Virus record (IMG/VR): IMGVR_UViG_3300037205_000062
Span: 32,001 to 96,000 of that record
Length of the DNA stretch: 64,000 bases
Reading direction: 5' to 3' (one strand)
Origin: a virus
Each line of letters begins with the position of its first letter. Position 1 is the stretch's first letter. Shown piece by piece: positions 51,297-59,669 of this stretch. Both the position numbers and the translations under genes were made by a program. The notes beneath the pieces were generated by a model that was not told where the DNA came from, ran no database searches, and saw only the letters and a list, made by a program, of their open reading frames with translations.

Positions 51297-52117
51297 GAGA
51301 TTTTGTATGTTTGATTTTTACAAATTCTAGCAATAGTTGAGATACTAACATTATAAAATTTAGCTATATTTGTAAAACTATCTCCACTTTTACTTCTTTG
51401 TCTAATATCAATAATTTCATTATCTTGAAATTTGGAAGCGTAATGTTCTGAACCATAATAAACTTTTAGGTTCAGTGATGGATGACTTAATCCAGTTTTT
51501 ACTGCATGTATATTATTTTGTTTAATAGTTACCCATTCTAAATTATCTATTCTATTGTCTGTTTTAATTCCATTTTTATGATTAATACAAGGTAAATTTT
51601 GTGGATTTGGTAAAAATGCTTGAGCGACTAATCTATGAATAAAATATTTTTTAATATTTTGTTTGTGTTTTATTTCTACCCTTAAATATCCATCTTTATC
51701 TAAATACGGAGTTAAAGTCTTACCCCCGTAAAATCTATTATTACCACATTTTCTAGGTAAACTAATAATAGTTCCTAGATTAGATATTTTGTATAATCCC
51801 TCAAAACCTAGAACGCCTCTGAATATTTCCTGTTTTTCATCGGTGACAATTTCTAAATTATTATCTAAAATTTCTTGAATAGATTTCATTTCCACATTAT
51901 TAGTAAGAAATTTGTGTTTAAGTGAACAAATAATTTCTCTATCATCTGATAAAATAATCTGAAATAACTCTTGTTCTCCGTATATTTTGTCTTTAACTTC
52001 TACTTGTATATTACATTGGTTAATAGCATCAAATGAAGTAATATTATCTCCAATATTGATTAAAGACAGTGGTTTATATCCATGTCGAGTAGTAATAATA
52101 GTGTCTGGATGCAAACA
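51293..52117 (-). mobile_element. N-terminal half of a split intein fused to a NUMOD4-HNH-HTH endonuclease
   Basis: Block A CLHPDTII starts at Cys504 (52117); block B IICSLKHKFLT; HNH domain follows in frame; no C-terminal splice motif in this ORF. Confidence 0.9.
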
Positions 52118-53626
52118 TTTATTAAAAGAATAGTCCGCGCTGGCTATAAGAGCATCCCAATAAAATTTTGCAGATTTTGGTATTCCTAATTTTTGCCCTT
52201 GATTATAAATAATATCCTTATATTTATTCATATCATCAATTTTCTTTTTACCGCAAGCACGACGAATTTGTTCGGCATCATCCAGCGTTAATTCAAAAAC
52301 TTCTTTGGCGATTTGCATCAGTGTCTCTTGATACAAAATAATACCACCAGTTTCAGCCATAATTTTCTTTAATTTATCGCTTTCTATATCAAAATTAGGC
52401 ACTTCTCCACTATTAGTATAATGTGCATAATCGTCAATAAATGCCATACTTCCAGGGCGAGCTAAGGCCAGAATAGCACTTAGTTCATTAAAATTATGTG
52501 GTTTGACTTTTTGAGTAGTTTTGAAACCGAGATCAGCTTCAATTTGGAATAATCCATGAGGATATTTAAGATTTTGTAAATGTTCATACGTTGATTTATC
52601 AGCTACATCAATATCTTCGACATTGATTTTTAACATCTTACACACATCATCTACTACAGATACTCCTCTAAGTCCTAAAATATCTACTTTAAGAGAAAAT
52701 AAAGACACTTGGTTCATGTCATATGAAGAAACCAAGTCTTTATCAGACGATAATTCTACTGGACAAATATCTTCTAGTTTGTCGTAAGAAATCATAATAC
52801 CAGAAGGATGTACTCCCTTATTTTTAATAAGGTCTTTTAACTTCATGGCTATATCATAAGTTTCTTTATTCGCATTACACCAATCTCTAAATTCACTAAC
52901 ACTCGCATAAGCTTTGTCTAGGTCTTCAATTTGTCCGTGTATTTTTGGAATCATGCTCGTAACATGAGTCATTTCTTCTTCTGGTTTTGCGCCAAAGATT
53001 TTGCCGACTTCTTTAATAACTAACTTAGAAGATAAAGTATTAAATGTAAGAATTTTAGCGGTCTTACCTTGGTATTTGTCGTTGATGTATTTTAGAACTT
53101 CTTGACGGCGATAGTAATCCACGTCGCAGTCGATGTCGGGGCAGAGTGAACCATCAAGATAATCTACTCCATTAATGGTTGTTTTTCTTGCTCTAATTTT
53201 AGATATAAATCTCTCAAAATATAATCCATATTTTATAGGATTGATTTTTGTTATGCCTATAAAAAATACAACTAAACTACCAGCGGCAGACCCTCTCCCA
53301 AGTCCAGTTGGTATATTGTTTTTACTACAAAAATTAATAATATCCCAAACCAAGAGAAGATAATCAGTAAATCCTAATTCTTTAATAATTTCCAATTCAT
53401 ATTTTACTCTCTCTGAATATTCTTTATATTCATTTGAATTCTTTTGTAAATTTAATTTCTTAAAACCAATTAAACATAAATGTCTTAAAAAATCAAAATT
53501 AGACATGTCTTTTTCAATAGAGAATTGTTTTTTATATTCCTCGGTGACAATAAATTCTGGTAGTCTAACCCCAAGAATAGGTATTTTAATTGACTCAAAT
53601 TGCTCAATAAATTCAGTTGGTTTCAT
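51293..53626 (-). CDS. dnaE: DNA polymerase III alpha catalytic part + N-intein + NUMOD4-HNH endonuclease
   Basis: GRGSAAGSLV, FERF, PDIDCDVD, GVHPSG, KVDILGL, GLFQIE, RPG, ILYQE, ADYSFNK|CLHPDT..., then YKISNLG, IHRLVAQAFL, INHKNGIKTDNRIDNLEW. Confidence 0.93.
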   Translation of the reverse strand: MKPTEFIEQFESIKIPILGVRLPEFIVTEEYKKQFSIEKDMSNFDFLRHLCLIGFKKLNLQKNSNEYKEYSERVKYELEIIKELGFTDYLLLVWDIINFCSKNNIPTGLGRGSAAGSLVVFFIGITKINPIKYGLYFERFISKIRARKTTINGVDYLDGSLCPDIDCDVDYYRRQEVLKYINDKYQGKTAKILTFNTLSSKLVIKEVGKIFGAKPEEEMTHVTSMIPKIHGQIEDLDKAYASVSEFRDWCNANKETYDIAMKLKDLIKNKGVHPSGIMISYDKLEDICPVELSSDKDLVSSYDMNQVSLFSLKVDILGLRGVSVVDDVCKMLKINVEDIDVADKSTYEHLQNLKYPHGLFQIEADLGFKTTQKVKPHNFNELSAILALARPGSMAFIDDYAHYTNSGEVPNFDIESDKLKKIMAETGGIILYQETLMQIAKEVFELTLDDAEQIRRACGKKKIDDMNKYKDIIYNQGQKLGIPKSAKFYWDALIASADYSFNKCLHPDTIITTRHGYKPLSLINIGDNITSFDAINQCNIQVEVKDKIYGEQELFQIILSDDREIICSLKHKFLTNNVEMKSIQEILDNNLEIVTDEKQEIFRGVLGFEGLYKISNLGTIISLPRKCGNNRFYGGKTLTPYLDKDGYLRVEIKHKQNIKKYFIHRLVAQAFLPNPQNLPCINHKNGIKTDNRIDNLEWVTIKQNNIHAVKTGLSHPSLNLKVYYGSEHYASKFQDNEIIDIRQRSKSGDSFTNIAKFYNVSISTIARICKNQTYKIS

Positions 53627-54434
53627 TTGCTTTTAATAATCTAAAAATTTCTTCAAATTTACCTTTTTTTCTTTTAAGGAAAATCGAAGCGTCATTATAA
53701 AGATAATAGTATATCTTTTGTATTTTGTCAATCTTATTCCCTCCAATACTTAAATAACATAATTTTTTATTATCCTGCTCCAAAGATAACTTTAAAAATG
53801 AAATTGATGATTCTATATTTTCCCCAAGTATGTTTTGGATAGATTGGTTGAACGGTATGGTGCTAATAAATGAAGTTCTCCATTTTATATAACCATATTT
53901 CTTATCTATACTATAATTAATAGAACCATCTCCATCAAAAAATCCCCTAATAAAATGTGGCAATAAATTTTTTGGAACCTGTTCTAAAGTTGGAAATTTT
54001 AATGTTAGACTTTTCTTATGCCCACATCCCTGCTTTAATAAATCATTATATAACTGTTTGTTATTGATACAAAATCTCATATAACCTCTATCATTTACGA
54101 ATGCATGGGCAGAACCTATTGCTTTTTTAAAATCTTTTAAAATATGAAAATCTTTTTTATGTAAAGTTAATTTCATAGAATTATGAGTAATTGACCCATC
54201 TGCATAAAGAAATCCAAGAAAATAAGCCTTTGCCTCGTTATCTATTTTAGAAAAAAAACTATAGTCACAATCTTTAACTATGTGAGATTTTGATAAATCT
54301 CTAATTGATATATTATTACGTCGAAACATAGTATGAATCCATGCTGAATTCCATCCATATTTTTTCCCTAATTGTTGTAAAGATAGACCTTTATTATAAT
54401 CTTCTTCTAAAATTTTAAGTTCTTGTTGTGTCAT
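53613..54434 (-). CDS. Free-standing LAGLIDADG homing endonuclease
   Basis: AYFLGFLYADGSI and HFIRGFFDGDGSI motifs, N-terminal HTH; overlaps the dnaE start. Confidence 0.9.
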   Translation of the reverse strand: MTQQELKILEEDYNKGLSLQQLGKKYGWNSAWIHTMFRRNNISIRDLSKSHIVKDCDYSFFSKIDNEAKAYFLGFLYADGSITHNSMKLTLHKKDFHILKDFKKAIGSAHAFVNDRGYMRFCINNKQLYNDLLKQGCGHKKSLTLKFPTLEQVPKNLLPHFIRGFFDGDGSINYSIDKKYGYIKWRTSFISTIPFNQSIQNILGENIESSISFLKLSLEQDNKKLCYLSIGGNKIDKIQKIYYYLYNDASIFLKRKKGKFEEIFRLLKANETN

Positions 54435-54469
54435 ATATTATATTACACTTATTTTGACCGAGACGTATG

Positions 54470-54703
54470 TTATTTGTTATTTCTTACTTCTACAAAATTA
54501 CTTGTTGTAAAATCATTCAATATATGATTATTTTTATCGAAAAGAGTCCATCTATTTCCATTAACTTGATAGTGGTCGCATTGATAAGTTATTAATTGTC
54601 CCCAATGGTGTTGCCAAACCGTATAATGGTTTTCATTCCCACATCCTAATATAACAAAAGATATAATTAAAAATATACAAATATATAAAATTTTATTTTT
54701 CAT
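54470..54703 (-). CDS. Small putative lipoprotein
   Basis: MKNK + hydrophobic core + lipobox ILGC. Confidence 0.6.
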   Translation of the reverse strand: MKNKILYICIFLIISFVILGCGNENHYTVWQHHWGQLITYQCDHYQVNGNRWTLFDKNNHILNDFTTSNFVEVRNNK

Positions 54704-55347
54704 AGTTCAATCTGAAACTTGAGTTTATCCCATACCGCCTTATTTATCTCAAGGTCGTAAGTTGCATTATGTAATTTGCTTTCGTCTAAATCAATTCCAA
54801 ATTCTTTAGCTAAAGTTGATAAACTAGTTTTTATTCCTTTGACAACAGCATTACTATAACGATATTGATAATCAATAAAACTTCCTTGTTTTGAATTATA
54901 GGGAACTCCCATTTTAATACCTTGGGCAATAGCTTTAGTATCAATGATTTTTGGTAATATCCATTTCCAAGGAACTCCCATAAATTCAGCATAACCTTTT
55001 AATAAATATATATCAAATCTTAAAATATTATGCCCCATAATATAATCGCAATTTTTTAGATCATTCCAGAATATAGAAAAGGCTTCTTTGGGTTGAATAG
55101 CGATTCTTTTATGTTCTTCTTGATTAAAATGAGTAATTCGCGCAGCTTCAAATCCTATTTTTAAATTAGGTGCAACTTTACTCCAATCAATTCTAATATC
55201 TTTTTCACTTGTATTATTACCTTGAAAATTAAGAATACTTACTTGCCAAGGTCTATTAAATCTAAATGAAAGATTCAAATTAAATGTCTCCACGTCGCAC
55301 AAGCAGAACTTAACTTCTTTGTTATATCTAAGTAAATTACCATTCAT
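54700..55347 (-). CDS. DEDDh 3'-5' exonuclease (Pol III epsilon-like)
   Basis: CDVET (ExoI), GHNILRFD (ExoII), IIDTK, HNATYD (ExoIII). Confidence 0.88.
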   Translation of the reverse strand: MNGNLLRYNKEVKFCLCDVETFNLNLSFRFNRPWQVSILNFQGNNTSEKDIRIDWSKVAPNLKIGFEAARITHFNQEEHKRIAIQPKEAFSIFWNDLKNCDYIMGHNILRFDIYLLKGYAEFMGVPWKWILPKIIDTKAIAQGIKMGVPYNSKQGSFIDYQYRYSNAVVKGIKTSLSTLAKEFGIDLDESKLHNATYDLEINKAVWDKLKFQIEL

Positions 55348-55349
55348 AA

Positions 55350-55673
55350 TTATTTAGCTGGAATAATAAGTTTTTTACCTTGGTCTGGATTTTGAGATTG
55401 CCCCTTAGATAAAACTGTAGCCGACGCTTTCAATAGATTAGTAATTATTTGTTCTGGGGTACCAGTAAAAACCGCATGACCCAATGGAATTGAGGAACCC
55501 TTTTCTCCATTTTGATTAATGGTCCAAAATGATGATTGTATAGCCATCTTGCCAATAGGAGCATTGACTATACTAACGATAAGATTATTATTATCTTTTA
55601 TATCAAACTGACTAATTGTTATTTCGACTGGATTTTGTTTTGTTACTGGTGTTGTATTATGTATATTTTCCAT
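55350..55673 (-). CDS. Hypothetical protein
   Basis: Tightly packed ATG ORF between flanking genes. Confidence 0.6.
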   Translation of the reverse strand: MENIHNTTPVTKQNPVEITISQFDIKDNNNLIVSIVNAPIGKMAIQSSFWTINQNGEKGSSIPLGHAVFTGTPEQIITNLLKASATVLSKGQSQNPDQGKKLIIPAK

Positions 55674-55674
55674 A

Positions 55675-56445
55675 TTATTTTATTAATTTTTCAAAATTAA
55701 AAGTATCACTACATAGATGCGATAATTCAGGACGTTCACATGTAGATTTTTTTGCCGAACCTCTTGCGTGAATACATCGAAAAGTAAGATAAGCGGGAAA
55801 ATCTTCGGGCTTATTATAATAGACGCTTTGGGTATCAAGAGTTTCAAAATTATTTTTGGCGCAATAATCTTCTACTTTTTCTAATAAAATATCATCAAAA
55901 GGTATATCATTAGTTTCCTTAAAAAATATAGGTTTAGTAAATGTAAAATCTGGAATATGTTTATGACTTTCTAAATTATTAAGATGTAAAAAAGAATCAT
56001 AAAATGGCACAGTTAACATAAGATTTGCTGTCCATAAACGTTTTAAATTTTTGAAATCTATAATTGGATAATAATAAAAACCATCTTGTGCCGCAAATGT
56101 CCAAATTTTAATTAAATCTTTATATCCTTTTGTATTCTTGACGAAAATAATATATTTAGCTTGTTTTGCGTCACTATCATCGTTCTTAATTAAGACATCG
56201 TCTGTAATTGAGATACGAAGACCGAAAATTAATTTAATATTATTATTTGCGGCATTTTTACTAGCTTCAAGCAAAGAACTTACATTATCTTCGACAAGAG
56301 TAAGGGTTTTTTGATTATGTTTTTGTAAAATATAGAAAATAGAGTTTTCATTAGGTTTCTTTTCTTTATTAAAGGGGGTATCTAAATTAAAAATTGATTT
56401 TCCAATTGAATAATGCGATTTCCACAAAGCAAGGACTTTATCCAT
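55675..56445 (-). CDS. dnaE: Stand-alone PHP domain of DNA polymerase III alpha
   Basis: KSHYSIGKS, LVEDN, IKLIFGLRI, VKNTKGYKDLIKI...A..DGFYYYPIID match the DnaE N-terminal PHP domain. Confidence 0.82.
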   Translation of the reverse strand: MDKVLALWKSHYSIGKSIFNLDTPFNKEKKPNENSIFYILQKHNQKTLTLVEDNVSSLLEASKNAANNNIKLIFGLRISITDDVLIKNDDSDAKQAKYIIFVKNTKGYKDLIKIWTFAAQDGFYYYPIIDFKNLKRLWTANLMLTVPFYDSFLHLNNLESHKHIPDFTFTKPIFFKETNDIPFDDILLEKVEDYCAKNNFETLDTQSVYYNKPEDFPAYLTFRCIHARGSAKKSTCERPELSHLCSDTFNFEKLIK

Positions 56446-56451
56446 ATAAGA

Positions 56452-56480
56452 ATAATACTATAAGTTTTACTTTTTGTCAA
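56452..56480 (-). promoter_or_regulatory. sigma70-type promoter, probably leaderless
   Basis: TTGACA-N17-TATTAT, 6 nt before ATG at 56445. Confidence 0.8.
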
Positions 56481-56919
56481 TCATTAATTCTGGATTTTCA
56501 AATATATTACCAATAATTTCACAAGTAGCAAACCCACGAGATACACAATAATCTTCTTCCCAAGTAAAATTTTGTAAAGCTCTTTTATTACCATTTGTGT
56601 GTTCTGGATGCGGTTCTATAGTGGCTATACCATCAAAACTAATCATAACCTCTGAAATATGCGGTTCTTTAGTTTCCCATGTATGATGAAGTTTAACTAT
56701 ATCTCCATCATAAATTTCTTTCCCATTCTTATCTTTAAGACCCGTAAACTGCTGGACAATATAGTTGTATTGATTAATTGGCGCGATATATTGCCCACTT
56801 AAATGAATAATTTCTCCATTTGTGCCGACTGCCATACCCATATATCCATATCTTTCTGGCCCAAAGAATCGGTTAGAATCTTTCATCCATATTCTAAATT
56901 TTATTTCTCTATTTTTCAT
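56467..56919 (-). CDS. YopX-family protein
   Basis: Likely start MKNREIKFRIW at 56919; QFTGLKDKNGKEIYDGDIV; EIIGNIFENPEL. Confidence 0.88.
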   Translation of the reverse strand: MKNREIKFRIWMKDSNRFFGPERYGYMGMAVGTNGEIIHLSGQYIAPINQYNYIVQQFTGLKDKNGKEIYDGDIVKLHHTWETKEPHISEVMISFDGIATIEPHPEHTNGNKRALQNFTWEEDYCVSRGFATCEIIGNIFENPELMIDKK

Positions 56920-56923
56920 AATT

Positions 56924-57970
56924 TTAAAAATCCCAAATAGGAGTTTTTTTAACTTCCTTCTTAACTTCTGGCAACATATCTTGTAGTGGTTGGCGGTAGC
57001 GCGGACAACCATCAAAATGTCTTATTTCAATTGTCTCGTCATCTTTAGGTAGTAATTCTTCTTTTGTTAAAGCAGTTTTTGTAACTATACCGTCTTTAAT
57101 AAGAATAAAATAATCATATGGCCAGCGATACGGACAAGCATACATTTTTGTTCCATCTTTTTTTAATTGATTTGGAAATTTGCCCATTCCGCAGATTAGT
57201 TTGCCGCTAAAAGTAGTAGTTCCATACGCTTTGTCAGCCGCCATATTAGACGTAGCATCTTCTTTTGTAAAAGAATTTATCTTTTTTTGAATAAAACCCA
57301 AATATTCTTGAAATCCACTTGCAATGTTTTCATTAAAGGGGGTTTCTATAATTGGGTCTTCTGGAAATTGTAAAAAAATAAAACGAACAATTGGTTTTAA
57401 TTTTGGCCATAGTTTTGTAGCTATTAAAGCATAAGAAAATGCCTGAATATTTGCCGTAATTTCTTCTCCTTCGTATTTTTTCTTTGATGATTTATAGTCG
57501 TGGATAAGAATATTTTTGCCTTTCTTATGAATTTTATCAAGAAATCCTTTAAGACGAAAGGGTGGATTTTCATTAACATAATCAAATGCGTGTTCTATTC
57601 CAATTAATTTACCTCCATCTACAAAAAAGTCGTGTTTTAAAGCAACTAAAACCATTTTATCTATATGATTAAATGATTCATTTAATTTATTTGGTAATTT
57701 TAATTTAACTATTGATTCTTCAATTAATTTTTTAATAACCTCGGAAGACGAAATAGAATTGGAGGCAATTATTTTATCATATTCATCTTTATTCTTTGGC
57801 TCTAATAGAAATTCAAGGACATCGTGGACGCAACTACCCTTATTCGCGCCATTATTTGATGACTGCGGCGCTTTTAAAATATAGTTTGAATAATATATAT
57901 ATGAACAATTTTCAAATGTTTTTATGCGCGAAGCTGATAATGGTATATGTTCTATTGATTTATTTTCCAT
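56924..57970 (-). CDS. PD-(D/E)XK (RecB/Cas4-like) exonuclease
   Basis: LSASRIKTFENC, GSCVHDVLE, LKGFLDKI, IHDYKSSK, Q...YAL, C-terminal C...CPY...C. Confidence 0.85.
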   Translation of the reverse strand: MENKSIEHIPLSASRIKTFENCSYIYYSNYILKAPQSSNNGANKGSCVHDVLEFLLEPKNKDEYDKIIASNSISSSEVIKKLIEESIVKLKLPNKLNESFNHIDKMVLVALKHDFFVDGGKLIGIEHAFDYVNENPPFRLKGFLDKIHKKGKNILIHDYKSSKKKYEGEEITANIQAFSYALIATKLWPKLKPIVRFIFLQFPEDPIIETPFNENIASGFQEYLGFIQKKINSFTKEDATSNMAADKAYGTTTFSGKLICGMGKFPNQLKKDGTKMYACPYRWPYDYFILIKDGIVTKTALTKEELLPKDDETIEIRHFDGCPRYRQPLQDMLPEVKKEVKKTPIWDF

Positions 57971-58757
57971 ATTGATTTAAATATTGTTTTTTATAACTAA
58001 TAGCCTCTTTAAGAGTTTTGAATTGTCCTAAATATATTGTTTTTTTGTTTAAAGTAAGTCGGACTCTCCATGATAACCTTTTCTTACAAAAATAAATGTT
58101 ACGCTCATATTCAGGGACAAACTTATATAAAGAATTTATAGTTTTCTTAAATAAAAATTTATTTTGTATCCATTTATTTCTTTTTATTTCAAAATTAATT
58201 AACGCTCTATTTCCAAATAAAAATAAAGCTAATTTGTCATACATAATGGCTGCTTTAATTTCAGAATTAAATGTTTTAGTATATTTTTTTCCCATACAAC
58301 ATATTTCTGAATAGTATCTTTTCTGCCTAGATTTAAACACGCCAATATATTTTTTGTTTGAATTTCTTCTTGTTAATTGTTGGTGTTTGGAAGATTTTCT
58401 TTTAGATTTCGGGCTTCTTTCAAAGAATGGTTGATATAATTCTAAATTATATCCATTTGGAGATATACATTTATATTCTTTTATATAAAACGACTCCTTT
58501 TCGGCACAATTTAAATTAGTAACATTTTCATCAATAATAATAAAAGAAAAATTTTTATTACCATATTTTTTTATAGCATACTCTATTGGGGTTCGTGGCC
58601 CTTTGCGCGCCTTGCTTTTGTGTTCAGTCCATCTTCTTAATGGATTTTTTGCAGAGGTTCTTCCGATATAAATCTTGTTATTAATTTGATTGATTATTTT
58701 GTATATTACCATATCTTTAATTACACTTGAATTTACCTTTTTACGCTCCATTTTCAT
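57960..58757 (-). CDS. GIY-YIG homing endonuclease with AP2-like domains
   Basis: VIYKIINQINNKIYIGRT...RW.EH, GYN, KYIGV...FNSEIKAAIMYDKLALFLFG..A.INF, YLGQFKTLKEA. Confidence 0.88.
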   Translation of the reverse strand: MKMERKKVNSSVIKDMVIYKIINQINNKIYIGRTSAKNPLRRWTEHKSKARKGPRTPIEYAIKKYGNKNFSFIIIDENVTNLNCAEKESFYIKEYKCISPNGYNLELYQPFFERSPKSKRKSSKHQQLTRRNSNKKYIGVFKSRQKRYYSEICCMGKKYTKTFNSEIKAAIMYDKLALFLFGNRALINFEIKRNKWIQNKFLFKKTINSLYKFVPEYERNIYFCKKRLSWRVRLTLNKKTIYLGQFKTLKEAISYKKQYLNQYGK

Positions 58758-59668
58758 TTAAATTTTTGTAAAAAGTTTTCTAATCCAGCCCTATCATTCT
58801 TTAACCATTCGTTAAAGTCTTTATGCTCTGGCGTAGTAATGTCAATTTGATTCTCATCAAAATAATTACATAGCTTCTCTTTAATTTCGAGGGCAGCGTC
58901 GTTTCCAACCATACCGTTACCTTGGTCATCGTTTAAGGCAACCGTAATCTTTTGCATATCCATTTTTAATAGAAACTCAATCATTTTTTCGCTTAAATCA
59001 ACCCCAAATATAACTAACACATTCCTAACGCCACATTCAAAAAGAGCAAGCATATCCCCAATAGATTCAACTAATATAACGCTTTTCTTCTTGACAATAT
59101 CTTGTTTGTTAATATGTAATGGATATAACCAATGAGATTTCTGCCCAATTAACTTCCATTTAGGAAAATCTGGATTATCTTTGAGAAGTCTTCCAGCAAA
59201 TCCGACTAATTCATCTTTAGAATTAAAGATAGGGAAAACGTAACGATTAGTCATTGATCCATTAAAAGTGATACCACCCTTAAATTGTTCAAGGACATTT
59301 GATGATATTCCTCTCTTTATCCAATAATCATGTTGTTTTATTAATCTTAACAACATATTTTTGTCAAAAGTTGTTTGCATTGTAATAAAAGAAACGTATT
59401 TTGTATCTTTTTTTTCTAAATCAATAGAGTTTTCTAATAAAATTTTTTCCGCATCTTCACATGAAGTAAGCTTTAAAGTTCTTTTAACTAAATCTTTTAA
59501 GTTTCCACCAGTTCTATCAGCGAAATCATAATATAAGCCTGTTTTTTTTTGAATCGAAACTACACTATTATTATCCGATTCTCTATATAATGGCTTTGTT
59601 CTCCATTCGTTTCCCATATCCTTAAGGACATATCCAAGTTTTTCTAAAACTGTTTGTATGTTATTCAT
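58754..59668 (-). CDS. dnaG: DnaG-like DNA primase
   Basis: RYVFPIFN..DELVGFAGR, PKWK, Toprim ILVESIGDMLAL, ALNDD, KDFNEW; adjacent to DnaB. Confidence 0.85.
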   Translation of the reverse strand: MNNIQTVLEKLGYVLKDMGNEWRTKPLYRESDNNSVVSIQKKTGLYYDFADRTGGNLKDLVKRTLKLTSCEDAEKILLENSIDLEKKDTKYVSFITMQTTFDKNMLLRLIKQHDYWIKRGISSNVLEQFKGGITFNGSMTNRYVFPIFNSKDELVGFAGRLLKDNPDFPKWKLIGQKSHWLYPLHINKQDIVKKKSVILVESIGDMLALFECGVRNVLVIFGVDLSEKMIEFLLKMDMQKITVALNDDQGNGMVGNDAALEIKEKLCNYFDENQIDITTPEHKDFNEWLKNDRAGLENFLQKFK

Positions 59669-59669
59669 T

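Noticed and set aside
53124-53131. Exact match of guide 8-mer TCGCAGTC to the phage's own dnaE DCD codons
   Set aside because: The partner guide does not match the adjacent sequence, and a single 8-mer hit in 64 kb is expected by chance.
53613-54434. Group I intron or intein housing the LAGLIDADG ORF
   Set aside because: It has its own ATG and upstream GTGTAA motif, no splice-junction residues, and no flanking non-coding space for a ribozyme.
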